Below are positions 38,176-47,311 of a stretch of 64,000 nucleotides of DNA, one piece after another. The stretch is taken from the NCBI GenBank assembly GCA_018303125.1, contig JAGVYS010000002.1, positions 6,600 to 70,599 of the forward strand, written 5' to 3'. The position numbers and the translations under genes are program-made. The notes beneath the pieces were generated by a model. That model did no database searches. It was not told where the DNA came from and worked only from the letters and a program-made list of their open reading frames with translations. This stretch comes from Candidatus Woesearchaeota archaeon. Lineage in GTDB: Archaea > Nanobdellota > Nanobdellia > Woesearchaeales > WJIZ01. Numbering within the stretch: the stretch's first letter is position 1; each line of letters starts with the position of its first letter.

Positions 38176-38834
38176 AAGATTCTATATGGGCAGTCATAGC
38201 TGCCAAGAATGAGGGGAAAAATGTTACTTCTGTCATAAAGAAGGCATCTAAGTATGTAGATAACATAATTGTTGTTGATGATGGTTCCACGGATAATACA
38301 AAGGTTGCCTCAAAAAGGTCAGGAGCCATAGTTCTCAGCCATATAGTCAACCTTGGAAAAGGTGCTGCCATAAAGACAGGCTGCGAATATGCCATAGGAA
38401 AAGGCGCCACTATAATAGTGCTTGTTGACGGAGACGGTCAGCATGAGCCAAAGGAGATTCCCCGATTCATAGAGGCACTGAGGAACAGCCAAGTAGCATT
38501 AGGTGTCAGGACAAAAAGAGGTAGCATGCCTACAGTGCTCAAGTTCGGAAATTCTTTCATTAACAATGCCGCGAGAGCATTATATGGGATAAATATAGAT
38601 GACACACAGTGCGGATTCAGGGCTTTCAGGGCTGATGTGTATAATTCTATCGTATGGAGAAGTTCTGATTATAGCATGGAATCAGAGATGATTGCCAACA
38701 TAGGAAAGAAAAGATTAAAATATGCAATAGTTCCGATAAGCACAATTTATGCAGACAAGTATAAAGGAACAACTGTAATTGACGGCATAAAGATTGTATT
38801 CAATATGGTATGGTGGAGAATATCGAGGTTTTAG
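38172..38834 (+). CDS. GT2 glycosyltransferase, dolichyl-phosphate-sugar synthase-like (DPM1/AglJ/AglD-type)
   Basis: AVIAAKNEGKN...IIVVDDGSTDNT...VDGDGQHEP (DxD) GT-A signature; translationally coupled to aglB (ATGA overlap). Confidence 0.8.
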   Translation: MKDSIWAVIAAKNEGKNVTSVIKKASKYVDNIIVVDDGSTDNTKVASKRSGAIVLSHIVNLGKGAAIKTGCEYAIGKGATIIVLVDGDGQHEPKEIPRFIEALRNSQVALGVRTKRGSMPTVLKFGNSFINNAARALYGINIDDTQCGFRAFRADVYNSIVWRSSDYSMESEMIANIGKKRLKYAIVPISTIYADKYKGTTVIDGIKIVFNMVWWRISRF

Positions 38835-38835
38835 T

Positions 38836-39162
38836 ATGGTACTAGGAATACAGGTAGCTGGGCTTTGTTTTGGCCTTTTTATGATATACTATTCTTTCCT
38901 GCATTACAAGAGGAAAGAATTCACAATAAAAGAATTTAGCTTCTGGCTCGTACTATGGACTGCCTTTTCTTTTGTCTCACTGTTTCCGCAGAGCCTTGAT
39001 TTCTTTGTAGAAAGGCTCAACCTGAACAGGACAATGGACCTCTTCACAATAGCTGGCTTCATGACTCTTCTTGCTATCTTTATTTACACCTATAGCCTTG
39101 TCAGGCAAAACCAAAGAAAACTTGAGATGATAGTCAGGAAGTTCGCAAAGGAAAAGAGATAA
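38836..39162 (+). CDS. small 3-4 TM membrane protein, DUF2304-like partner of Dol-P-sugar synthases
   Basis: Start immediately after the GT2 stop; ~108 aa, hydrophobic, basic C-terminus; architecture typical of DUF2304 proteins encoded next to DPM1-like GT2s. Confidence 0.35.
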   Translation: MVLGIQVAGLCFGLFMIYYSFLHYKRKEFTIKEFSFWLVLWTAFSFVSLFPQSLDFFVERLNLNRTMDLFTIAGFMTLLAIFIYTYSLVRQNQRKLEMIVRKFAKEKR

Positions 39163-39222
39163 AGCAGTATTCTACCAATAATCAACAAAAGGTTATTATA
39201 CCTTTGTAAGGACTTTTCCTCT

Positions 39223-40320
39223 GTGGTAATGCTGGTCAAGGTCTTGGACAAGTATATTGGTGCAGTAATGTGCCTACTGCTCTCTCCTATATCCATTGCC
39301 ATAAAAAACAAGTTTCCTGAAAAAGCAAGAAAAATTTTGCTCATACAGCTATGGGGGGTAGGGGAAAGCATTCTAACTCTCCCTGCGATAACTGAATTAA
39401 AAAAGAAGTACAAAGGAAGAAGCATAGCAGTACTCTGTACTGAAAGGAACAAGGCAGTATACTATAATCAGGGCGTAGAAATAATAGAATTATCGATGAA
39501 TCCTTTACTTATAGCTTTTTTCCTCCTGAAAAATATGAGGAAATTTGATATAGTGGTTGATTTTGAGGAATATTTGAAAATATCTGCAATAATTTCTTTC
39601 CTTTTAGGGAAGTACTCGATAGGGTACTCCCACGGAATAAGAAGCAAACTATATTCTGTCAAAGTCAGGTACAACGACGTACAGCATGTTTCGCAGACAT
39701 TTGCAGATTTGTTAAATCCTCTATGTATATCAGCAAAAATACAGGAGTTAACAAAGCTGAAGTATGGAAAAGAGGATATGGACCATATTAACAAGCTTCT
39801 AAATAAGATAAAGATGAAAAATGGAAAGATTGCCGCGATATCTGCAGGGGCCGCAGAATCAGCAAAATGCAGGATGTGGCCAAAAGAAAAATGGGCAGAG
39901 CTCATTGACAGGATACCATACGAAAATGTTCTCCTTATAGGTGGAAAAGATGTCTACAGGGAGAATGAAGAAATACTAGGTATGCTAAAAAGCAGGAAGC
40001 ACGTCTGTAATATAGCTGGGATGACAAGCCAAAATGAGCTTTTCGCGCTTATGGAAAAAGTAAGCCTTGTTATTTCAATAGACTCAGGCCCGATGCATGT
40101 TGCAGCAGCCCAGAGAATAAAGACTGTAGGCTTATTCTGCCCAAATACTCCTGTAAGGTTTGGGCCTCTTGGCAAAGGCAATATCTCAATATACAAGCCT
40201 GTCCTTCCTAAACCGTGCATAAATGTACACAAGGGTGAAGTTCCAAACTGCGGCAGGCATAACCATATGAGCAAAATAGCTGTTGAAGATGTCTTTCAGG
40301 CAGCCCGCAAATCAATTTGA
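39223..40320 (+). CDS. GT9-family glycosyltransferase (heptosyltransferase-like)
   Basis: KILLIQLWGVGESILTLPAI N-terminal Gly loop and the GT9 C-terminal block DSGPMHVAAAQRIKTVGLFCPNTPVRFGPL. Confidence 0.75.
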   Translation: MVMLVKVLDKYIGAVMCLLLSPISIAIKNKFPEKARKILLIQLWGVGESILTLPAITELKKKYKGRSIAVLCTERNKAVYYNQGVEIIELSMNPLLIAFFLLKNMRKFDIVVDFEEYLKISAIISFLLGKYSIGYSHGIRSKLYSVKVRYNDVQHVSQTFADLLNPLCISAKIQELTKLKYGKEDMDHINKLLNKIKMKNGKIAAISAGAAESAKCRMWPKEKWAELIDRIPYENVLLIGGKDVYRENEEILGMLKSRKHVCNIAGMTSQNELFALMEKVSLVISIDSGPMHVAAAQRIKTVGLFCPNTPVRFGPLGKGNISIYKPVLPKPCINVHKGEVPNCGRHNHMSKIAVEDVFQAARKSI

Positions 40321-40329
40321 CAGAATATC

Positions 40330-41064
40330 CTATCCGAAATGCTCATACTCTCCGTAAGTAAAAAAACCAACGAGCTCCTTAATTCTTGCAAGCAATGGGA
40401 ACAGGTCCTTCTCAAGCGAAGGCTTATTTATCAGCTCAAATATTTCAGGCTTGAATATGTATATGCCCGCATTAACAATGTGGGAACTCATTTCCCTTGT
40501 CTTCTCGCTAAAGTCAACTATAAGATCGCCATCTAGGATAGCTGTCCCATATTCATCAGGCTTTTCCCTGGTCATAAGCCCCATGGTAGCTAGCTTGTTC
40601 AACTGAATATGTTTGCTTATCATCCTGGATATGTCAAAGTTGTTGTATGTATCTCCTGACATCACAACGAAATTTCCCCTGACCCTTTCCTTAAAAGTCA
40701 TCAATGACAGAGAATTGCCTCTAGAATTTGACTCAATTATTTCTATTGGCATACCTATAAGCGATTCTCTTAGCTCCTTATTTGGCTGTTCTGTGATAAG
40801 ATATATTTTGCTGATTCCGTTTTTAATGAAAAATTCCGCTTGGCTGCCTATTAGGCTCTTCCCCTTAAATTGCTTCAATGCTATATCCTGATGTGACCTC
40901 TTAAGCAGAAGTACTGCCTCTCCGACAGAATTTGAGGACATGCCCTTTCTTAGGTAATACTCTATAGCCTGGCTCCTTGACCTAAGCATCGTACCATCTA
41001 CTCCCGAGTCTATGAGTTTTAGAAGTGAATTATCTATTGAAATTGCAATTTTTTCTTTTAACAA
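40330..41064 (-). CDS. fusion of an N-terminal ribbon-helix-helix-like segment with a degenerate sugar-nucleotidyltransferase domain (candidate regulator)
   Basis: N-terminus KIAISIDNSLLKLIDSG...RSRSQAIEYYLRKGM resembles CopG/Arc RHH; remainder aligns with the NTP_transferase ORF at 28826 (GKSLIG..., YGTAILDGDLIVDFSEK, NAGIYIFKPEIFE, EKDLFPLLA) but lacks the catalytic LAGGxGTRL loop. Confidence 0.45.
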   Translation of the reverse strand: MLKEKIAISIDNSLLKLIDSGVDGTMLRSRSQAIEYYLRKGMSSNSVGEAVLLLKRSHQDIALKQFKGKSLIGSQAEFFIKNGISKIYLITEQPNKELRESLIGMPIEIIESNSRGNSLSLMTFKERVRGNFVVMSGDTYNNFDISRMISKHIQLNKLATMGLMTREKPDEYGTAILDGDLIVDFSEKTREMSSHIVNAGIYIFKPEIFELINKPSLEKDLFPLLARIKELVGFFTYGEYEHFG

Positions 41065-41161
41065 GGTAATACCTAGTATTACTAAATTATATTTAAATCT
41101 TTCTCTAAACTATGAAAAGGTTTATATATGATAAAGAGATAAGTATGAGAAAGTATTACCA

Positions 41162-41728
41162 ATGATAAAAATGGAAAAAATAGAAAAAATGATTGATGAG
41201 AGCATTGAAGCAAAAAGGCACCTGTACAATGAATCCGGCAGTATAAAAAAGGCTGTAGAGGCCATAAAGCACTGCTTCAGGAGCGGCAACAAAGTGCTCA
41301 TTTTTGGAAACGGCGGCTCTGCTGCTGACTCTCAGCACATGGCAGCTGAATTTGTGGGCAGATACAAAAAGGAGAGGAAAGGCCTCCCTGCCATAGCTCT
41401 TACCACAGATAGCTCCATATTGACAGCATGGTCAAATGATTACACCTATGAGACTATATTCGAAAGGCAAGTTGAAAGCTTGGCCAAAAAAGGAGACGTA
41501 CTTATCGGCCTTTCAACATCTGGAAACTCAAAAAACGTAATAAAAGCGATGGAAAAAGGAAAGGAGTTGGGAACAATAAACATATCACTCACAGGAAAAA
41601 AAGGAGGAAAGTTAAAAGAGACCAGCGACATTAATATAAATGTAGAATCGGATAATACGCCCAGAATACAGGAATGTCATCTTCTGGCTTACCATATAAT
41701 TTGCGAACTTGTGGAGGAAGACCTATGA
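41162..41728 (+). CDS. gmhA: D-sedoheptulose 7-phosphate isomerase (SIS domain)
   Basis: SIS-domain motifs KVLIFGNGGSAADSQH, IGLSTSGNS, EC...LLAYHI characteristic of GmhA. Confidence 0.85.
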   Translation: MIKMEKIEKMIDESIEAKRHLYNESGSIKKAVEAIKHCFRSGNKVLIFGNGGSAADSQHMAAEFVGRYKKERKGLPAIALTTDSSILTAWSNDYTYETIFERQVESLAKKGDVLIGLSTSGNSKNVIKAMEKGKELGTINISLTGKKGGKLKETSDININVESDNTPRIQECHLLAYHIICELVEEDL

Positions 41729-42609
41729 GATGCGTAGTAACAGGTGGCGCAGGTTTCATTGGATCAAATCTTGCGTTGCATCTTGAAAATGAAGGCGAAG
41801 AGGTCGTGATAGTTGATAATTTCAAGACAGGTAAAGAGGAAAACTTAGCCGGATTCAGGGGAGAAATAATAAAGGCAGATGTATCAGGAAAGTTCGATGT
41901 GAATGGAAAAGTAGATGTAATATTCCATCAGGCTGCAATAACTGACCCAAGACACGAGAATGATGATGAGACAATAAGAGATAACTTATCTGGATTCAGG
42001 AACATATTAAGCATGGCCATGGATAAAAAAGCAAAACTCATCTATGCTTCATCGGCTAGCATGTATGGCAATGGTCCCGCACCGCAAAAAGAAGACCAAG
42101 AAAAAGAACTATTCACAGCTTATTCTAAATCAAAACTTATGATCGATAATTTAGCTAAGGAATATCTCAGGAAGATTCACATTGTAGGGCTAAGATACTT
42201 CAATGTTTTCGGTCCGAGGGAGAAATACAAAGGCAGGGCAGCATCAATGATTTATCATCTTGCAAGGCAAATGAAAAGCGGCAAAAATCCGAGGATATTC
42301 AAAATGGGCGAGCAGAGAAGGGACCATATATATGTAAAAGACTGCGTTACAGCTAATATTAAGGCCATTAATGGGGAGCCCGGAGTGTATAATGTCGGGA
42401 CTGGGATTTGCACGTCATTCAATGATCTTATTGCCATGATAAACAAATCACTAGGCACTAATCTAAAGCCCGAGTACATTGACAATCCATACGAGAAAAC
42501 TTACCAGAAGAATACACAGGCAGATACGTCAAAAACAGAGAAGCATCTAGGATTTAAGGCAAGATACGGGCTCCAGAAAGCCATAAACGAGTATGTGGTA
42601 GAATTATGA
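41725..42609 (+). CDS. hldD: ADP-L-glycero-D-manno-heptose 6-epimerase (ORF-track start 41674; Met at 41725 with GGAGGA SD and ATGA overlap preferred)
   Basis: MRCVVTGGAGFIGSN, YASSASMYG, LRYFNVFGPRE, YQKNTQAD blocks match HldD/RfaD. Confidence 0.85.
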   Translation: MRCVVTGGAGFIGSNLALHLENEGEEVVIVDNFKTGKEENLAGFRGEIIKADVSGKFDVNGKVDVIFHQAAITDPRHENDDETIRDNLSGFRNILSMAMDKKAKLIYASSASMYGNGPAPQKEDQEKELFTAYSKSKLMIDNLAKEYLRKIHIVGLRYFNVFGPREKYKGRAASMIYHLARQMKSGKNPRIFKMGEQRRDHIYVKDCVTANIKAINGEPGVYNVGTGICTSFNDLIAMINKSLGTNLKPEYIDNPYEKTYQKNTQADTSKTEKHLGFKARYGLQKAINEYVVEL

Positions 42610-43577
42610 AGGATTTCAAAAAATGCCTGGAAGATTTCAGGAATAAGAAGATAGTAATACTTGGCGACCTGATGCTTGACAAGTATATATTCGGGAAAGT
42701 AGACAGGATATCACCTGAGGCACCAGTCCCAATAGTTAGAGTAGAGAGTGAAAAATATGTGCCAGGAGGCGCAGCAAATGCTGCTGCCAACGTATCCGCA
42801 CTTGGAGGGGAAGCCCATCTGTTCGGGATAGTAGGCAATGATTCTGCAAAGGACATATTTATGGATGTGGCAAAATCAAGTTTCATCAAAACAGATGGGG
42901 TGATAATTGACAAAAAGAAGCCGACCATACAAAAAATAAGGGTGCTTGGACCTATTCAACAGTTGCTCAGGATTGACTATGAGGATGTAGACTATATCAG
43001 CAAGGATATCCATGAGGCCATTTTAAGAAAGATAATGGTTTTAAGAAACGTTGACGCTATTATAATATCAGACTATGCGAAGGGAACAATAACAAAGGAT
43101 CTATTGGGAAAAGTAATCGCATATGCAAAGGAAAGGAATATTCCTGTAATAATAGACCCAAAGCCGAAACATGCAGAGTTGTACGTGGGGGCTACAATCA
43201 TAACACCCAACAAAAAAGAGGCAGAAGAAATAGTAAAGCACAGTATAGACACCATGGAAGATGTTGAAAAAGCAGGAAAGAGCATTTCTGAGAAGTTTGA
43301 TTGCTCTGTTTTGCTGACGTTAGGAGAGAAAGGAGTTGCCTTATTCGAAAAGGGAAAAAATGCAGTGCATATACCAGCAATAGCAAGGGAAGTTTTTGAC
43401 GTTTCAGGGGCAGGAGACACAGTTATAGCTACACTAAGCCTTGCGTTATCTTCAGGAGCATCATTGAGTGATGCTTCTATAATCGCAAACCATGCTGCCG
43501 GAATAAAGGTAGGAAAGATCGGGACAGCGCCAGTTTATCTTAACGAGCTTTCAAGAAGCTTAGAGAAATCATTATGA
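42606..43577 (+). CDS. hldE: D-beta-D-heptose 7-phosphate kinase (stand-alone HldE domain I, pfkB family)
   Basis: ILGDLMLDKYIFGKVDRISPEAPVPIV, PGGAANAAANVSALG, DVSGAGDTVIATLSLAL match the HldE N-terminal kinase domain. Confidence 0.85.
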   Translation: MKDFKKCLEDFRNKKIVILGDLMLDKYIFGKVDRISPEAPVPIVRVESEKYVPGGAANAAANVSALGGEAHLFGIVGNDSAKDIFMDVAKSSFIKTDGVIIDKKKPTIQKIRVLGPIQQLLRIDYEDVDYISKDIHEAILRKIMVLRNVDAIIISDYAKGTITKDLLGKVIAYAKERNIPVIIDPKPKHAELYVGATIITPNKKEAEEIVKHSIDTMEDVEKAGKSISEKFDCSVLLTLGEKGVALFEKGKNAVHIPAIAREVFDVSGAGDTVIATLSLALSSGASLSDASIIANHAAGIKVGKIGTAPVYLNELSRSLEKSL

Positions 43578-44566
43578 TGCCAAAAGCAATATTTCTTGAC
43601 AGGGATGGCACACTGGTTTTTGACCCTGGATATGTCCACAGGATAGAGGATTTCAAGCTCCAGGAAAACACTGACAAAGCGCTGAAAAAGATAAAAGGCT
43701 ATTTGCTTTTTATAGTGACAAATCAGTCAGGAATAGGCAGGGGCATATTCAGTGAAGAGGATATGCACAAGTTCAACAAATTGCTTATAGAAACATTAGC
43801 AAAAAGCGGAGTGTCAATAGAAAAAATATATTTCTGCCCACATAAACCTGAAGACAACTGCAAGTGCAGGAAGCCGGAAACAATGATGATTAAAGAAGCG
43901 ACAAAAGATTACAGCATAGACATTAAAGATTCTTATATGATAGGAGACGATGTGTGTGACATTGAACTCTCATCTAGGGTAGGCTGTAAAGGCATACTCG
44001 TACTAACTGGTTTTGGAAAGAAAAGCTTGAAGGAAGCAAGGATGTTCTCCCCTCATTATATATCTGCAAATCTTGAGCAGGCGTGTGACTTCATAATGTT
44101 GCAGAAGCCAGATAAGATTATAGCTAGGAAAGACATTCCGTCAATTGTCAGAAAAATAAGGGGAGAAGGCAAGAAAATAGCAACTCTAAACGGGACATTT
44201 GACATATTGCACAAAGGACATTCAAAAATAATAAATGAGGCAAGGAAAACTGCTGATGCGCTTATTGTTGGCATCAACTCTGACAGCTCTGTTAAGGGAA
44301 ACAAGGGAAAAGAAAGGCCGTTCAACAGCGATACAAAAAGAGCGCTGATGCTTTCAGTGTTCAAGGATATTGATTATGTGACGATTTTCGATGAAAAGAC
44401 ACCCATTGAAATGCTTGAAATTATAAAGCCTGATGTTCATGTCAATGGCTCTGAGTATGGCGAGGAATGCATAGAAGCAGAAACTGTAAGAAAAAACGGC
44501 GGGAGGATATGCATAGTAAAGCTTGTGCCGGGCTTTTCAACCACAGATCTTGTCAAGGAGCGATAA
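43574..44566 (+). CDS. gmhB: bifunctional D,D-heptose 1,7-bisphosphate phosphatase (GmhB, HAD) / D-beta-D-heptose 1-phosphate adenylyltransferase (HldE domain II) fusion
   Basis: N-terminus AIFLDRDGTLV...VTNQSGIGRG...CPHKPEDNCKCRKP (GmhB, including the Cys-x-Cys zinc site); C-terminus ATLNGTFDILHKGH...NSDSSVKGNKG (cytidylyltransferase-like HldE-II). Confidence 0.85.
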   Translation: MMPKAIFLDRDGTLVFDPGYVHRIEDFKLQENTDKALKKIKGYLLFIVTNQSGIGRGIFSEEDMHKFNKLLIETLAKSGVSIEKIYFCPHKPEDNCKCRKPETMMIKEATKDYSIDIKDSYMIGDDVCDIELSSRVGCKGILVLTGFGKKSLKEARMFSPHYISANLEQACDFIMLQKPDKIIARKDIPSIVRKIRGEGKKIATLNGTFDILHKGHSKIINEARKTADALIVGINSDSSVKGNKGKERPFNSDTKRALMLSVFKDIDYVTIFDEKTPIEMLEIIKPDVHVNGSEYGEECIEAETVRKNGGRICIVKLVPGFSTTDLVKER

Positions 44567-44593
44567 TCAGGCAATTTTATATAATGCCATTAA

Positions 44594-45286
44594 ATGTCTT
44601 CTAAAATGCCAGTAAAGCTATCAATTATCATACCAGTATATAACGAGAAAAACACAATACTTGAAGTCCTGAAAAGGGTTGAGAAAATAAAATTAAAAGG
44701 GATTATCAAGGAAATAATAATAGTGGATGACTGCTCAACTGATGGGACAAAGGAGATTCTAAAAAAGTTAAAGAGGCATAAGGTTTATTTTCATGAAAAA
44801 AATCTTGGGAAAGGCGCTGCATTAAGGAAAGGATTCATGCATGCTAGTGGCGAAATAATCATAACACAGGATGCTGACCTTGAATATAATCCTGAAGACT
44901 ATCCAATTATATTAGAGCCTTTGATGAGCAACAAGTCAGACATAGTTTATGGCTCAAGATTCCTTGGAAAGCACAACCCAAGGTACAGGCTATTCTACTA
45001 TGGAAACAAAATTCTTAGTCTTTTTACATCGGTGATATATGGCAAGAAAGTAACTGACATGGAGACCGGATATAAGGCATTCAGAAGAAGTATTCTTAAG
45101 GGGATAAACATAATATCAAATGGATTCGGTTTTGAGCCTGAGTTTACAGCCAAAGTGTTAAATAAGGGTTACAAAATTATAGAAGTTCCGGTAAGATATA
45201 AGTGCAGGGAATTTAGTGAAGGAAAAAAGATAAGCTGGAAAGACGGAGTAATGGCAATTTATTACCTGATTAGGTTCAAAAAATGA
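44594..45286 (+). CDS. GT2 glycosyltransferase (GtrB/DPM1-like polyprenyl-phosphate sugar synthase)
   Basis: LSIIIPVYNEKNTI, IIVDDCSTDGT, TQDADLEY GT-A/DxD motifs. Confidence 0.8.
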   Translation: MSSKMPVKLSIIIPVYNEKNTILEVLKRVEKIKLKGIIKEIIIVDDCSTDGTKEILKKLKRHKVYFHEKNLGKGAALRKGFMHASGEIIITQDADLEYNPEDYPIILEPLMSNKSDIVYGSRFLGKHNPRYRLFYYGNKILSLFTSVIYGKKVTDMETGYKAFRRSILKGINIISNGFGFEPEFTAKVLNKGYKIIEVPVRYKCREFSEGKKISWKDGVMAIYYLIRFKK

Positions 45287-46944
45287 ATTATTCAAAATGG
45301 GAAATAAGCCCTGAATGGGTGATAGTGGTAATATTCTCTCTTTGTTTTCTTATAATAGGACCTGCCAATATTCTTGACAAGCGAATTTCTCATGAGCACC
45401 CTTATAACATACTTGCCTCAGATGCTGCAGGGGAATTAGCGTTTGTATCCGCCCTGAATGAAAGAGGAGGTTACCAATACATGGCTCCCCATATATGCGC
45501 AGGCTATGATGATTGCATTGGCTTCCACCCTTATTTATTCCAGCATCTTGCAGCGGTATTTTCAAATGTTTCTGGACTGGAAGTGCATAATGTAAATATT
45601 TTCTTCTCAAGCATTTTTCTGCTGATTAGCTCGATAATAATGTTCCTCTTCATAAGAAAATGGAATGCATCAATTGCATACCTATCCATGCCATTGATGA
45701 TATTTGCGCTTATGCCTCAGTTCAGGATAGGGTTATTCTGGGGATACTATGATGCCATAATCGCCTCAGTATTCGCCATGGTGGCTATATTCATGCTTGA
45801 TGATGAGAAAGAAAAAAAGTGGATATTGTTATCAATAATCATTTCCGCGGCCTTTATAGCGCACGTCTCAGAAGCTGTATACATCGTAGCAGTATATGCT
45901 ATTTCCTATATCATAAAATGGGTAAAAGAGAGAAAAATAAGCAAAAAAGAAGTATACTTTATCATAAAAACAGGGTTGCTCTCATTTACAATTGTCCTGT
46001 ATTTCGGAGTTATTTTCAAGTTGCTATGGTATTCAGGAGATACCAAGGGCCCATTGTTTGGGGCTCCGCCAAAAGCAGAATGGTATGACCCGGTTATTTC
46101 CAATTTCAGTATTGAAGGCCTTGGAATGCTCTCCGGCTTGCCGCTCTATTTTATCATTGCAGGCGCCGCAATATCTCTTTTTGCCTTCAGAAAACACTTC
46201 CAGATATTGTTTGCCTGGATTATGCTGCTCTTTGGGTTCAATCCAATTGGCTTTGAGGCGATAAGGACTTTCCAAATAAGGTATCTCTGGCCGCTTTACC
46301 TATCTGTATTCTTCGGAGTAGCTTTGTTTTTCATAATGAGTTTAATTCATGCAAGAAAAAAGGAGTTATCCCTAGCTGTAGGTGCAATACTCCTTATAGC
46401 AATAAGCTACGCAAATTACGAGCCGTCTGGAAGCGCAGGAATGATTGATAATGACCATTGGAGTGCCTTGAACTGGCTCAGACAAAACACTTCGGAAAAA
46501 TCAATAATAACGGTAATGTATGGTGATGTATACAACCAAGACGCGATATTATGGAATTCCTTCAGGACATCATTCAGGATACTTGAAAACTCTTTTATCA
46601 AAAATCTCCAAGACGGGAAAATAACAAAATACTTCAGTGGCCGCGTAGTAGGACCAAGCGATGTTGGCTATGCTTACTGGAAAGGTTTTCTCCAGGTTGG
46701 AAGGCACAAGTTTGAAGAAGAAGGGAAGCTTGGTGGTGAAAGAAACATCTGCCTTTCCGAACATATAATGTTTGACAAAGTCTCCAGACAAGAAGTGCTT
46801 GCACAGTACAACATGGTTATAGCGCAAAAACTTACGGAAAAAGGCCAATTTGAAGTTGCCTACCAAAATGGAGCTGTGTTAATTATTAAAAACAAGGCAT
46901 TCAACAAAGATTGTATGGAAGAAGGTGAACTGAATGTCAGCTGA
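45283..46944 (+). CDS. polytopic membrane protein, putative GT-C-fold glycosyltransferase acting with the upstream GT2
   Basis: ~12 predicted TM helices in the N-terminal two thirds plus a soluble C-terminal domain; gene overlap with the GT2 mirrors GtrB/GtrC-type pairs. Confidence 0.4.
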   Translation: MNYSKWEISPEWVIVVIFSLCFLIIGPANILDKRISHEHPYNILASDAAGELAFVSALNERGGYQYMAPHICAGYDDCIGFHPYLFQHLAAVFSNVSGLEVHNVNIFFSSIFLLISSIIMFLFIRKWNASIAYLSMPLMIFALMPQFRIGLFWGYYDAIIASVFAMVAIFMLDDEKEKKWILLSIIISAAFIAHVSEAVYIVAVYAISYIIKWVKERKISKKEVYFIIKTGLLSFTIVLYFGVIFKLLWYSGDTKGPLFGAPPKAEWYDPVISNFSIEGLGMLSGLPLYFIIAGAAISLFAFRKHFQILFAWIMLLFGFNPIGFEAIRTFQIRYLWPLYLSVFFGVALFFIMSLIHARKKELSLAVGAILLIAISYANYEPSGSAGMIDNDHWSALNWLRQNTSEKSIITVMYGDVYNQDAILWNSFRTSFRILENSFIKNLQDGKITKYFSGRVVGPSDVGYAYWKGFLQVGRHKFEEEGKLGGERNICLSEHIMFDKVSRQEVLAQYNMVIAQKLTEKGQFEVAYQNGAVLIIKNKAFNKDCMEEGELNVS

Positions 46945-47311
46945 TGTTTTGCAAACAGCAAAAAAGGACCTTGCAAATATTGGAATAGTTTTCATTGCAT
47001 TATGCATAATTTTTAAAATATCATTCATAAACGAGCCTTTGCTTTCAATAGCTAGGATAGCTTTCTCTTTTCTGTGGATGTTTGTAATTCCTGGAATAAG
47101 CATATCCTACTTTTTTTTCATGAAATCAAAATTTATTGTAAGATTTTTCCTAGGATTTGGTATAGGAGCCGCCGTAATAGGCATAGAAAGTTACTATGCT
47201 GGCATGCTCGGGTTACACATAAAATACCATGGGATAATCCTGCCTGTCTTAACAACCATAATAACATGGCTCCTGATATTCATTAAGAAGCCTTCTGATT
47301 CTTCTTCCTGA
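46934..47311 (+). CDS. small hydrophobic membrane protein
   Basis: 125 aa, 3-4 TM segments; no motif. Confidence 0.3.
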   Translation: MSADVLQTAKKDLANIGIVFIALCIIFKISFINEPLLSIARIAFSFLWMFVIPGISISYFFFMKSKFIVRFFLGFGIGAAVIGIESYYAGMLGLHIKYHGIILPVLTTIITWLLIFIKKPSDSSS

